In this document: piece after piece, positions 23,885 through 34,880 of the stretch | How the letters are laid out: every line of letters starts with the position of its first letter | Position numbering within the stretch: position 1 is the stretch's first letter | Assembly: GCA_963822445.1 (NCBI GenBank) | Contig: CAWGHO010000002.1 | Coordinates: 288,001 to 352,000, forward strand | DNA: 64,000 nt | Reading direction: 5' to 3' | From: an uncultured Acidobacteriota bacterium | Lineage (GTDB): Bacteria > Acidobacteriota > Thermoanaerobaculia > Gp7-AA8 | Made by a program: the position numbers and the translations under genes | The notes under the pieces: generated by a model | The model's database searches: none | The model's input: only the letters and a program-made list of their open reading frames with translations | Told to the model about the DNA's origin: nothing

Positions 23885-24382
23885 GTGTCGGTTACGATCC
23901 GTGATGCCATGAGCTCGCAAAAGCGCTTACGCCTGCTCCTTCCGATCGAGCCACACGTCGGCGTCGGACCTATCAAGCTCGGGATGACGCGAGAAGCCGC
24001 TCGGGGCGTGCTGCGAGAAAAGGGGTTCATGCGGAGCGCGTTCGACGAAACCATGGACTACTTCTGTGACAACGCGCTTCAGATCGAGTACGACTCCGGC
24101 ACAGTCTCGTTTGTCGGTGTTGCGCGCCACGAACGCTTGGTTTGCACATATCAGGGCGTGAACGTCTTTGAGGTTTCGGCGCAGACACTCTTCGAAACGA
24201 TCTCAACTGCCGAAACCAGGCAACACTCATACACGCCGGTCGAGTACGTGTTTCACGACCAAATAGTGACGTTATGGGCTCCGCATGATGGCTACGAACA
24301 TCAGGGGTATCCGCATGTCTACGCGCAGGTCGGCTTGGGCGACACGCGTTACCTGATGGCGGTCAACGACATACCGGCATAG
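23885..24382 (+). CDS. Hypothetical protein
   Basis: 165-aa ORF with IEPHVGVGPIKLGMTRE N-terminal motif; lower GC. Confidence 0.7.
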   Translation: MSVTIRDAMSSQKRLRLLLPIEPHVGVGPIKLGMTREAARGVLREKGFMRSAFDETMDYFCDNALQIEYDSGTVSFVGVARHERLVCTYQGVNVFEVSAQTLFETISTAETRQHSYTPVEYVFHDQIVTLWAPHDGYEHQGYPHVYAQVGLGDTRYLMAVNDIPA

Positions 24383-24643
24383 AACGCACGTCGCAGGAGG
24401 CGATCTATCCGCGGGGAAGTGACTGCGGCGTGACGTCTATCGCCTGAGCTGCGGCGAGGCCCCACGTGGAGCGGACGCGCTGCCTTCTAATGGCCAATAC
24501 GATCCGGCGAATGAGTCGAGACATTGAACGTGGCCGCAGGACGAGTAGTTGCGCGATCGCGACACCAGAGCGTGCGCACTTGCACTGATGAATCGTGACT
24601 GTCGGTGTGGTCCGGAAGAAGTGACGAATGGTACGATGATGTG

Positions 24644-24877
24644 ATGACGAAACCCGCTGACAGGCTCCTCGAGGAGGCGCTCAAGCTCACACCGAACGAA
24701 CGAGCCAAGATCGCGGCGGAGCTACTTTCGAGTCTCGACGATCAAGATGAGGATGTGAAGGCAGCATGGGCCTTGGAGATAGCTCGCCGCGCGGCTGACG
24801 CTGAGGCCGACCCCGACGACGAAGAAGACTGGCGCACCGCACTGGATGAGATTCGTCGGGAAGTGCTATCCCGTTGA
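24644..24877 (+). CDS. Addiction-module antitoxin (TIGR02574-like)
   Basis: LLEEALKLTPNERAKIAAELLSSLD..AWALEIARR; TGnTACGAT-N6-ATG; overlaps the toxin gene. Confidence 0.85.
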   Translation: MTKPADRLLEEALKLTPNERAKIAAELLSSLDDQDEDVKAAWALEIARRAADAEADPDDEEDWRTALDEIRREVLSR

Positions 24878-25173
24878 AACGAGTTCACCTTCGACGCATT
24901 GCTAAACGAGATATACGCGAGGCGCTAACGTGGTACCGCCAGCGCGATCCAGAATTAGCAAACCGCTTCTTGGATGAAGTGTACAAAGTGCTCCGACTGC
25001 TGGAGCAGTTTCCGAACATCGGCGGACCCGTCTTCGGCTTCAGCGACCAAGCAACACGTCAGATGCCAGTAGACACATTCCCATACCACGTGGTGTTTAA
25101 GCGGTTCACAGATCGGACATCGGTTCTAGCGATCGCTCACGACCGGAAACGTCCTGGGTATTGGAACGAGTAG
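24874..25173 (+). CDS. RelE/ParE family toxin
   Basis: AKRDIREALTWY, FPNIG, FPYHVVF, VLAIAHDRKRPGYW. Confidence 0.9.
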   Translation: MKRVHLRRIAKRDIREALTWYRQRDPELANRFLDEVYKVLRLLEQFPNIGGPVFGFSDQATRQMPVDTFPYHVVFKRFTDRTSVLAIAHDRKRPGYWNE

Positions 25174-25444
25174 CGGCGGCCCAGCTCCCGTCACAGTCTG
25201 GCTAACCAGCTGCCAGGAGCTGTCGGCGGTCCGTTCGCCGGGCCGACCCTGAAGCGCATCTTGAAGCGTCTAGTTTGGCCATGGCATTGCTCCCGCGTCA
25301 GCCGTCATCGCTTTGTTCGTTCCAGATCAGTGGGGATTCGCGTTGATTTCCATGGCATGTACTGCAGGCGTGGCCTGCACGGCGTTCTACGTCCGCCCGG
25401 CTCAGTAGTCTACACTCTGAATTTCGGATCGCAGACCCACCAAC

Positions 25445-25990
25445 ATGACCAACTGGATAAGCGAACGCGCAACCGAAATGCGCCAGAGCATCGCCGCGAT
25501 CGAAGCACTCGACGCGGAGCTCACCTACGCCCAGCTCTCCTGGCGGCCGCAGGAAACCCAATGGAGCATTGCGCAGATCATCGAGCATCTGCTCCTCACA
25601 GACGCTCCCTGCGTCGAGCCGATCTCCAGATTGCTCGCCAATGCGCCGCGGGGCGAGTCACGCTGGAAGCCCACGATCATGGGCAGGCTCATCACCAAGG
25701 CGGTCGAGCCACAGACCAAACGGAAAACGAGATCGGGAAAGCAACATCTGCCCGCGCCGCAGCCGGCGGCACGGGTGATGGCGGACTACGTCGAGGTCCG
25801 GAAGCGGCTGCTCGAACTGCTCGAGCAATCGGCAGGCGTCGACCTGAACCGCGTGAAAACCAACTTCCCCATCAAGACACCCCTCCGCTACAACCTCGGC
25901 GACGCCTTCATGATCCTGACCCGCCACACCCAGCGGCATCTCCAGCAGATCGACCGGATCCGGCAGCATCCCGGATTCCCCGGGACCTGA
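25445..25990 (+). CDS. DinB family protein
   Basis: WSIAQIIEHL...HTQRHLQQI. Confidence 0.88.
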   Translation: MTNWISERATEMRQSIAAIEALDAELTYAQLSWRPQETQWSIAQIIEHLLLTDAPCVEPISRLLANAPRGESRWKPTIMGRLITKAVEPQTKRKTRSGKQHLPAPQPAARVMADYVEVRKRLLELLEQSAGVDLNRVKTNFPIKTPLRYNLGDAFMILTRHTQRHLQQIDRIRQHPGFPGT

Positions 25991-26020
25991 TCACCGCCCG
26001 TATCATCAGCGCGGAGGTGC

Positions 26021-26608
26021 GTGATGAACAAAACCCGACTGGAAGCGTTCAGCGACGGAGTCATCGCCATCCTGATCACGATCATGGTCCTGGAGCTGAA
26101 GGTCCCCCACGGCACGAGCTGGGAAGCGATCCGGCCGACCGTGTTCACGCTCCTGATGTATCTCCTCAGCTTCGTCTACCTCGGCATTTACTGGTCGAAC
26201 CATCACCACATGTTTCACGCGACGCAGCGCGTCAACGGCAGCATCCTCTGGGCGAATCTGCACCTGTTGTTCTGGCTGTCGCTCATCCCCTTCGCGACGA
26301 ACTGGATGGGCGAGAATCACTTCAGCGCCTTTCCGACCGCGATCTACGGCGTCGTTCTTCTGGCGTCGGCGATCGCGTACACGATCCTGCAGAACCGGAT
26401 CATCGCCCAGCATGGACACGAATCGGTGCTGGCCATGGCGGTGGGGAACGACTTCAAGGGAAAGCTCTCGATGGCGCTCTATTCGCTGGGGATCGTCCTT
26501 GCGTTCGTCCATCCGCTCATCGCGAATGCGCTCTACACCACCGTCGCGCTGATGTGGCTCGTGCCGGACAAGCGGATCGAAACGCGCCTGGCCATCGAGC
26601 ACGATTGA
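26021..26608 (+). CDS. TMEM175 family potassium channel
   Basis: RLEAFSDGVIAILITIMVLEL, WSNHH; GGAGG RBS. Confidence 0.92.
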   Translation: MMNKTRLEAFSDGVIAILITIMVLELKVPHGTSWEAIRPTVFTLLMYLLSFVYLGIYWSNHHHMFHATQRVNGSILWANLHLLFWLSLIPFATNWMGENHFSAFPTAIYGVVLLASAIAYTILQNRIIAQHGHESVLAMAVGNDFKGKLSMALYSLGIVLAFVHPLIANALYTTVALMWLVPDKRIETRLAIEHD

Positions 26609-26636
26609 GGCGTGAGACAATCCGCGCGCTTCCAAC

Positions 26637-29264
26637 ATGACGATCGTCGCGGGCAAACGGCTTGGGCCTTATGAAGTGATCGCTCCGCTCGGTGCGGGAG
26701 GCATGGGCGAAGTCTGGCGGGCCAGGGACACCCGGCTCGATCGCAGCGTGGCCATCAAGATCCTGCCCGAAGGGTTCGCGCAGAACGAGCAGTTCCGGGC
26801 GCGATTCGAGCGCGAAGCGAAGACGATCTCGTCGCTCAACCATCCCCACATCTGCACGCTCTTCGACGTCGGACATGAGAACGGCGCGGACTTTCTGGTC
26901 ATGGAGCTGCTCGAAGGAGAGTCGCTCGCGGAACGGATCGCGAAAGGTCCGCTGCCGATCGACCAGGTCCTGAAATTCGGCGCGCAGATCGCGGACGCGC
27001 TCGATCGCGCGCACAAGCAGGGTATCGTCCACCGCGACCTCAAGCCCGCCAACGTGATGATCACGAAGAGCGCCGCGAAGCTGCTCGACTTCGGACTGGC
27101 GCGGTCGTCCGCGGAAACCTCGCCCGTGCGCGGTCTCACCGAGATGCCGACCCAGGCCAAGCCGCTCACCCAGGAAGGAACGATCCTCGGCACGTTCCAG
27201 TACATGGCGCCGGAACAGCTCGAAGGCCTCGAGGCCGACGCGCGAACGGACATCTTCTCCTTCGGCGCACTCCTCTACGAGATGGCCACGGGCCGGCGCG
27301 CGTTCGACGCAACGTCGCGGACGAGTCTCATCGCGGCGATCGTGTCGTCGCAACCCGCGCCGATCTCCACGGTCGCGCCGATGACACCGCCCGCGCTCGA
27401 TCACGTCGTGCGCAAATGTCTGGAGAAGGATCCCGAGGATCGATGGCAGTCGGCGCACGACGTGGCCAGCGAGCTGCGGTGGATCAGCGAGGGCACGTCG
27501 CAGTCAGGGCTCACCGCGACCGGCGGCATGAAGCATCGAACGCGCGAACGCATCGCGTGGGCGCTGGCGGCGCTGGCCGCCCTCGCCGCGATCGTCGTCA
27601 CGGGTTTGCTACTGACGCGGCGCGAACCGGCGCGCAAACCGATCGAATCGGCGATCGTGTTGCCGCCGGGCTCGCGGATCGCGCTGACCGACGGCGTGGA
27701 AATGTCGCCCGATGGCGAGAACGCCGCGTTCGTCCTTTCCGATCTGCGTGGTGGGCGCAACACGATCTGGCTTCGTCCACTCGCATCGGGGACATTCCAG
27801 CGGCTCAGCGGCACCGAGGGGGCGGTGCGGCCATCCTGGTCACCCGATTCGCGCAAGATCGCGTTCTTCGCCGATGGAAAGCTCAAGATGTACGACATGC
27901 GCGGAGGCGGTGTGAGCGTGGTGTGCGACGCGAGACCTGGCGGCGGCTCGTCGTGGGGAGCCGGCGGCACGATCGTCATCGGACGCGCGGCGCACGGAGG
28001 CCTTGCCAGCGTGAAAGCGAGCGGGGGTCCCCCGGTGTCGCTGACGAAGTTGCGGGACGGCGAGACCAGCCATCATTCACCCTACTTTCTGTCGGACGGG
28101 AAGACCTTCCTCTTCCTCGCGGTCAACAAGTCGGCCGACAAATCGGCGATCTGTCAGTCCTCTCTCGACCAGCCCGATGAGATCAAAACCGTCATTCCGG
28201 CGTTCTCGACGGTGAGCTGGGTCGAGCCTGGCATCGTGCTCTACTCACGCGAAACGCGCCTCGTTGCGCAACGTTACGATGCCGCGAAAGCGAAGACGGT
28301 CGGAGACGCGGTCACCGTCGCCGAGCAGTTCAACAGCTACTCCGCCTCGAACGACGGGAAGCTGCTCCTGCAGCGCAACCCGAACCTGGTGTTGTCGCAA
28401 CTCGTGTGGGTCGATCGCGCCGGGAAAGACCAAGGCGTCGCCGGTCCGCCGGGCCTGTATTTCAGCCCGTCGATCTCGCGCGATCAGCGCCGTTTCGCAG
28501 TCGATGTCTCCGCCGCACAAACAGGCAATGGCGACATCTGGATTTACGACATCGCGCGCAATGCAGCGACGCGGGTGACTTATGACGAGCCGAACGAGTC
28601 GGCGCCGCGCTGGTCCGCGGACGACCGGCGGATCATCTATTACTCGTCCGTCGAGGACCGCGGCGACATCTACGAGGTTGCCGCGGGCGGAACCGGACAG
28701 GCGCGATCGCTTGCGTCCGATGCGCGCGAAAAACGCCCCACCCACGTATCCCGCGACGGCCAATGGATCCTCTTCAACACCCTCGGCGCCGGCAACATGG
28801 ACATCGGCGTCTGGTCGGCCGCGGAGAAACGTCACCGAACGTGGCTGGCGACGCCGTTCCACGAACAATGCGCCCAGCTTTCGCCGGACGGCAAATGGAT
28901 CGCCTATCAGTCCAACGAATCGGGACGCTGGGAGATCTACGTTCGCGCGTTCCCGGAGTCGGATCGGAAGTGGCTGATCTCGAACGAGGGCGGCACCATG
29001 CCCGTGTGGCGCGCCGACGGTCGCGAGCTGTTCTACGTTTCGCTCGACGGCAAGATGACGGCCGTTGCGGTCACCGCCGGCGCCGATTTCGAGGCCGCTG
29101 CGCCGGTGGCGTTGTTCGACGCGCCGCTGCGCCAGCACGCGACGACGCAGTACGACGTCACGAACGACGGCCGGTTCCTGCTCAACCGGCGCGTCGAGAA
29201 CGCGAACGCCGATCCGATCTCGCTGCTGCAGAACTGGGATGTGCAGTTGCAGGGGAAGGATTGA
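26637..29264 (+). CDS. Membrane Ser/Thr kinase with TolB-like (PD40) propeller
   Basis: GAGGMG, HRDLKPAN, DFG, TM helix, SPDG repeats. Confidence 0.95.
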   Translation: MTIVAGKRLGPYEVIAPLGAGGMGEVWRARDTRLDRSVAIKILPEGFAQNEQFRARFEREAKTISSLNHPHICTLFDVGHENGADFLVMELLEGESLAERIAKGPLPIDQVLKFGAQIADALDRAHKQGIVHRDLKPANVMITKSAAKLLDFGLARSSAETSPVRGLTEMPTQAKPLTQEGTILGTFQYMAPEQLEGLEADARTDIFSFGALLYEMATGRRAFDATSRTSLIAAIVSSQPAPISTVAPMTPPALDHVVRKCLEKDPEDRWQSAHDVASELRWISEGTSQSGLTATGGMKHRTRERIAWALAALAALAAIVVTGLLLTRREPARKPIESAIVLPPGSRIALTDGVEMSPDGENAAFVLSDLRGGRNTIWLRPLASGTFQRLSGTEGAVRPSWSPDSRKIAFFADGKLKMYDMRGGGVSVVCDARPGGGSSWGAGGTIVIGRAAHGGLASVKASGGPPVSLTKLRDGETSHHSPYFLSDGKTFLFLAVNKSADKSAICQSSLDQPDEIKTVIPAFSTVSWVEPGIVLYSRETRLVAQRYDAAKAKTVGDAVTVAEQFNSYSASNDGKLLLQRNPNLVLSQLVWVDRAGKDQGVAGPPGLYFSPSISRDQRRFAVDVSAAQTGNGDIWIYDIARNAATRVTYDEPNESAPRWSADDRRIIYYSSVEDRGDIYEVAAGGTGQARSLASDAREKRPTHVSRDGQWILFNTLGAGNMDIGVWSAAEKRHRTWLATPFHEQCAQLSPDGKWIAYQSNESGRWEIYVRAFPESDRKWLISNEGGTMPVWRADGRELFYVSLDGKMTAVAVTAGADFEAAAPVALFDAPLRQHATTQYDVTNDGRFLLNRRVENANADPISLLQNWDVQLQGKD

Positions 29265-29268
29265 GTGC

Positions 29269-29814
29269 GTGAAAGCAGCGCTGACGATTCTCCCGTCGCT
29301 GATCCTTCTCGGGTGTTACCCGGGCTCTGACGCGGAGACGTTTCACCGGCAACGCGAGAAAGAGAGACAGCGGGCAATCGCGGCGATGCGTCAGGCCACG
29401 AAAACCACCGCTGCCGGCCGGCGCATCGAAGGCTCCGAGCTCGAACGCTTCCTGAGCGGCCGGACTCACGTCTTCGAATACGAGACGACTCCCGACGGCC
29501 GTCGCGGCAGGTACGTCGAGTGGAGCTACTTTCGCGCGGACGGCCGACTCGTGTATCTGAATACTCTCTGGGCGCGCGACCCGAACGGCTCAGAGAAGAA
29601 CCGGTGGCACGTCGATGGCCAGCGCTTGTGCATCCTGAACACGCACATGAGCCAGGAAGAGCAGTGCTACACGATCGCGGTGACTGCCGACGAACGAGTG
29701 CAGTACTTCATCGATCGACGTGATGATCCGGCGGATGGGCTGCTCACGAAGGTCACGACCGACGCGCACGAAGGTGCGCCGCGCGAAAATGCTGCTCACA
29801 GCCAGTCGAAGTAG
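29269..29814 (+). CDS. Hypothetical lipoprotein
   Basis: GTG start, lipobox LLGC. Confidence 0.65.
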   Translation: MKAALTILPSLILLGCYPGSDAETFHRQREKERQRAIAAMRQATKTTAAGRRIEGSELERFLSGRTHVFEYETTPDGRRGRYVEWSYFRADGRLVYLNTLWARDPNGSEKNRWHVDGQRLCILNTHMSQEEQCYTIAVTADERVQYFIDRRDDPADGLLTKVTTDAHEGAPRENAAHSQSK

Positions 29815-30215
29815 CGGATCCACCACGTTTCGATGCCGGTGACGCCTGGGTGCGCCCCGAGATAGTCCGTCTCGAGGACCTCAGTGGGGATCAGAACATA
29901 TCCGCGTTCCGCCGCGAGCCGCGTCACTTGCTCGAGCGTTTCATCCGGCAATTCGATGTCGGGTGTGAAAGCGATCATCCGGCCGAAGGCGCTGAAGCGT
30001 AGTGCGCCCGTTCCAAGAAACAGCTGGCTGTGAAAGCTCGCGTCCTGGATATGCACTCCTGTCTCGAACGTCAGAGTCTCTCCGAGCCGGGATGAGAGCT
30101 CCTCGACGAACGCAACAAACGATCTCTGAGCCTCCGCGCGATTGAACACCGCCGGTTCCTCGCCATGCCAGGGGTCGTCATGGCTCTCGAGAACATCGAT
30201 GTAGTCCGAAATCAC
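29796..30215 (-). CDS. Hypothetical protein
   Basis: GTG overlaps the upstream TGA; QDASFHSQL and WWIRYFDWL motifs. Confidence 0.7.
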   Translation of the reverse strand: MISDYIDVLESHDDPWHGEEPAVFNRAEAQRSFVAFVEELSSRLGETLTFETGVHIQDASFHSQLFLGTGALRFSAFGRMIAFTPDIELPDETLEQVTRLAAERGYVLIPTEVLETDYLGAHPGVTGIETWWIRYFDWL

Positions 30216-30514
30216 GGCTTTGTGCGGCAATCGTGGCATTCGACGGCTCGAGCGTCGATATGACCTTTTGCCTCCTCGTAGTACCACTTCTGATCGGCGG
30301 CACGCCAGATCTCCCGCTTGCCACATCGGCGGCAGGTGAACGGCTGGTCGACGTAGTACTCCGGAAGTTGGCCGTACGTGTTGATGTGACTGAGCCGGGT
30401 ATGGTCCGCGGGAACGGCGGTTGGATTCTGGGAGGGCAGATACTTCGCCAGGCGATCGGCCTCCGCTAGCTCACGCGGAGTCGGATCACGGCCCGTATCT
30501 TTCGCTTTAGCCAT
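30212..30514 (-). CDS. Zinc-ribbon protein (zf-trcl-like)
   Basis: YVDQPFTCRRCG...QKWYYE...CHDCR. Confidence 0.8.
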   Translation of the reverse strand: MAKAKDTGRDPTPRELAEADRLAKYLPSQNPTAVPADHTRLSHINTYGQLPEYYVDQPFTCRRCGKREIWRAADQKWYYEEAKGHIDARAVECHDCRTKP

Positions 30515-30532
30515 TGAAACCCGCCGCGCCGG

Positions 30533-33500
30533 CTAATGCGCCGGCGCTTCGTCCACGATCTCTTCTTCCACTTCCCCGCGCGAGAACAGTGACGACAGCT
30601 TCGTCTTCAGTTGATCCGCGACCACAAAGAACGCCGGTACGACCAACAGTGACAGCGCGGTCGAGATCACCAGCCCGCCGATGATCGCCACGGCCATGGG
30701 TCCGCGCGTTTCCGCGCCGGGGCCGAGGGCCAGGGCGGGGGGAATCGCGGCGCACATCGTCGCCATGGTGGTCATCAGAATCGGGCGGAGCCGGACCGGA
30801 CCGGCCTTCAGCATCGCGTCATGCGCGGACAGGCCGCGCTCGCGCTGACCCTGCACCGCGTAATCGACGAGGATGATCGAGTTCTTCTTGGCGATGCCCA
30901 AAAGAAGCAGCAGACCGATCATCGAGAAGATGTTCAGAGTCTTGCCGGTGACGAGCAGCGCGAACGCGGCACCGGCGATCGACAGCGGCAGGATCGACAG
31001 AACGGTCACCGGATGCATGAACGAATTGAACTGCGACGCCAGAACCATGTACGCGACGATGATGCCGAGGATCAGCGCGAAGACGAGCTGCCCCATCGAC
31101 TCGCGGAAGGCCACTGACGATCCGCCGAGAACCGCGCGGTAACCGGTCGGCAGGTCCTTGCCGATCTGTTCGACGTACGCCAGCGCATCGCCCTGGGCCT
31201 TGCCTGGCGCAACGTTGCCGTAGATCGAGATCGCCCGCTCGCGATCGCGGCGCGTGACCGACTGCAGCGCCGGCCGTTCGTCTTCTTTGACCAGCGAAGA
31301 CAGCGGAACGAGCTCGCCGCTCTCCGTGCGCACGCGCAAACGAGCCAGATCTTCCGGACGCGTGCGCTGCGACGCGAGGAGGCGCGTGCGGATGTCGATG
31401 CGGCGGCCGCCGCTCGAATACTTGCCGGAGCGAACGCCGCCGACCAGCGCGTTCACGGTCGTGGCCACTTCATTGACGGAGACGCCGAGGTCCGCGGCGC
31501 GGTCGCGATCGGGGACGATGCGCAGCTCGGGCATGCCCACCTGATAGTCCGTGTCGACGTCCGTCGCGAAACCGCTCGAGGCGAGCTTCTCGCGCATGTC
31601 CGTGGCCAGCTCGATGAGCTTCTCCCACTCCGGGCCGCGCACCGAAAACTCGATCGGGAATCCGCGCTGCGCGGTGAAGCCCTGCTGCGAGAGGTCCTGA
31701 ACGACCGCGCGCGCGCCGGGATATGAGTTCAGCTCTTTGCGGATGCGCGCCGCGATGTCCTGTTGCGATTGCTCGCGCTCGTCCGGCGGAACCATGGTCA
31801 CGAACAGGATGCCGCTGTTCACGCCGCCGCCACCGAAACCGCCGACGTTCCCGAACACCCGGAGGATCTCGGGCTGCTTCATCAGATAAGCCTCGGCCCG
31901 CTGAAACACACGATCGGTCTCGAAGAGGTTCGCGCCGACCGCGGTCTGCAGGCGGATCATCAGACGGCTCTGATCCTGCGACGGAACGAACTCGCTCGGC
32001 AGTTTCTTGAAGACGAAGATCGAGCTCGCGAACACGAGCGCAGCAACGATGAGCACCGTGATCGGGCTCCGCAGTCCCAGGGCCAGGATCTTCGCGTAGC
32101 CGGCAGCGAGCTTGTCGAAGGCGACGTCGACGAAGTGGCCGAGGCGCGACTGCCGCTCCTGCCCGGTCTTGAGCATCTGCGCGGAACGCGCGGGCGCGAG
32201 CGTCACCGCTTCGACGTACGACAGCAGAACGGCGATGCACAGCGTCACGCCGAACTGCAGGAAGAACTTCCCGATCACACCCTTCATGAAGACGACGGGC
32301 AGGAAGATCGCGCAGACGGCCAGCGTCGCGGCCAGCGCGGCGAAGCTGATCTCCGCCGTTCCCTCGCGCGCAGCGGTCACGCGATCCTTGCCCATCTCGC
32401 CGTGGCGGAAGATGTTCTCGAGGACCATGATCGCGTCGTCGACGACGATGCCGACGGCGAGCGCGAGTCCGAGGAGCGTGAACGTGTTCAGGGTGAAGCC
32501 GAAGAAGTAGATGCAGGCCACCGTGCCGAGGAGCGACATGGGGATGGCCAGGATGACGTTGAGCGTGGCGCCGAACGATCCGAGGAACAGCCAGCAGATG
32601 AATGCCGTCAGGAGAACGGACAGCAGCAGCTCGAACTGGATCTCGTGAACCGACTCTTCGATGAACTTCGTGGAGTCGAAGTTGATCCCCGACTTCCATT
32701 CCCGGCGGCAGAGTCTTCTGAATCTCCACCAGCGCCGCCTTGACGCCCTGCGCAACCGCGACGGCGTTCGAGCCGCGCTGCTTGCGCACGCCCATGCCCT
32801 GCGCCGGCTCGCCGTTGACGCGCGAGATGCGGCGCACGTCTTCGAATCCGTCTTCGACGATGGCGACGTCGCTCAGGTAAACCGGCGATCCCTCGATGTC
32901 CTTGACCACCAGGCGGCGGAACTCTTCGAGATCGAAGGCCTCGCCGAGGACGCGCACGTTCACTTCGCGGCCCGAAGTCTCCAGGCGGCCGGCAGGCAGT
33001 TCGACGTGCTGGCGCTGAATCGCGGTGAGCACTTCGCTCGCGGTGACGCGGCGCTCATCGAGCTTGTCGGAATCGATCCAGATGCGGATGTTGCGATCGA
33101 CCGAGCCGACCTGAATCTCGCCGACGCCGGGCACGGTCTGCAGCCGTTCCTTCACGCGGTAGCGCGCGAAGTCGGCGAGCATCTGCGGCGAGTAAGGGCC
33201 GGACAGGCCGATCCACATGATCGGCTGGTCTTCGGGATTGGTTTTGGAGACGACGGGCGGCTCGATGTCGCGCGGCAGACGGCGCTGGACCTGGGCGATG
33301 CGGGTCTGCACGTCCTGCAGCGCGAGGTCGACGTTGCGCGCGAGGTCGAGCTCGACGGTGACGTTGCCGCCGCCCTGCCGGGAGTTGGAGGTGATGTTGC
33401 GGACCCCCTCGACCTGCATCAGCGCTTCTTCGATCGGCTCGACGACGTCGTGCTCGACGACTTCCGGCGCGGCGCCTTCCCAGGTCGCGCTCACGCTGAT

Positions 33501-33632
33501 CGTCGGGAAGTCGACGTCCGGGAACTGGGAGATGCCGATGCGCGTCGCGGCCACGCCGCCGAAGACGACCGTGGCCAGCATGAGCATCCATGCGAAGACG
33601 GGGTTCTTGATGCAGGCTTCGGTGATTTTCAT
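30533..33632 (-). CDS. RND efflux permease (AcrB family), frameshift at 32687-32690
   Basis: FPDVDFP, GIVVDDAIMVLEN, KKNSIILVD, RLRPILMTT; one extra G in a G4 run splits the ORF. Confidence 0.92.
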
Positions 33633-33654
33633 GGTTCGCTCCGCTCACGGTTGC

Positions 33655-33732
33655 GAGGTTTCGGGGTTTCGGGGTTTCGAGGTTTTCGGGTTACCGCCCC
33701 GCTAACCGCGTAACCTCGGAACCCCGGAACAA
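33655..33732. repeat. Degenerate octamer tandem repeats in inverted arrangement
   Basis: (ggggtttc)-like units followed by aaccgcgt/aacctcgg/aaccccgg units. Confidence 0.75.
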
Positions 33733-33733
33733 C

Positions 33734-34840
33734 TCACTTCGTTACCTTCACCTTCGCACCATCGCGCAACGCTTCCGCGCCGCGCATGACCAGCGTTTCG
33801 CCCGCGGCGAGGCCGTTTTTCACTTCGACTTGTCCGTCGGCTGTGCGCATGCCGAGGGTGAGGAGACGGGCTTTGGCGGTGCCGTTTTCGACCGTGTAGG
33901 CGAGGAAGCCCTGCTCGGTCGGACGGATCGCGGTCTGGGGAATGACCGGCGCCTCGCGCGTCGCGCCGATGGGAACGGTCACGCGCGCGAATGCGCCGGG
34001 ACGCAGCTCGGGGCGATTCGGATTCACGACCTGCGCGGTGACGTCGACCATGCGCGAGGACTGGCTCGCGGCCGCGGCGACGTGAGTGATCGTCGCCTGG
34101 AACTGCTCCGAGCCCTCGGCCACGTTGAATCGCGCGACGAGGCCCGGACGCAACGGCTGCGCGTCCTGTTCGGGGACCTGGAAACGAAGGAGCAGCGGAT
34201 CGCGGCGCACGAGCGTCGCCAGGACGGTGCCGACCGGCACGTACTGTCCCGTTTCGACGGTGCGCGTTTGAATGATGCCGGCGACCGGCGCGCGCACGAA
34301 TGCGTCGCGAAGGTTCAGACGCGCCTGCGAGAGCGCGGCCTGCGCAGGGCCACTTCAGCGGCTGCGGTCTGCACTTTCGTGCGCCACGTCTCCACTTCCT
34401 CGCCGCGAATCAATCCCGGATTCTTCGCGCTGGCCGCCTGGCGCCGCGAATATCCAGCCTCCGCCTCGGAACGTCCGGCCGACGCCTTCTGCAACGCTGC
34501 CTGCGCCGCTTCGACGGCGAGGCGATAACGCTCCGGGTCGATCTCCACGAGCGCCTGACCGCGGCCGACGATCTGGCCTTCGCGCAGCAGAACGCGCTCG
34601 ACCGTTCCCGGCGACGCGCGCGGTCACCGACACACGCTCGAACGCATCGAGCGAACCAACGGCATTGATCGGTGTACTCGACTTTGCGGGACTCGACCGG
34701 CTCGACTTCGACCGGGAACTCCATGTTCTTGCGGTCCGAGCCGCGGCCGCGCCGCCCGCGGTTTGGGCATCGCCTTTCGAGCAAGACAGGACGAATGCAG
34801 AATGCAGAATGCAGAATGCAGAAAGAAGCATCTTTCGCAT
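33734..34840 (-). CDS. RND periplasmic adaptor (MFP) lipoprotein, several frameshifts
   Basis: Fragments MRKMLLSAFCILHSAFVLSC / FPVEVEPV / VSVTARVAG / EIDPERY / RAPVAGII / LRPGAFA in different frames. Confidence 0.85.
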
Positions 34841-34880
34841 TCTTGCCATCTTCACTTCTGCATTCTGCATTCTGCATTCT
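34793..34880. repeat. Inverted heptamer tandem repeats (GAATGCA)4 ... (TTCTGCA)3
   Basis: Read directly at 34793-34820 and 34856-34880. Confidence 0.92.

Noticed and set aside
33655-34880. CRISPR array
   Set aside because: Only 7-8-nt tandem units without unique spacers; no cas genes
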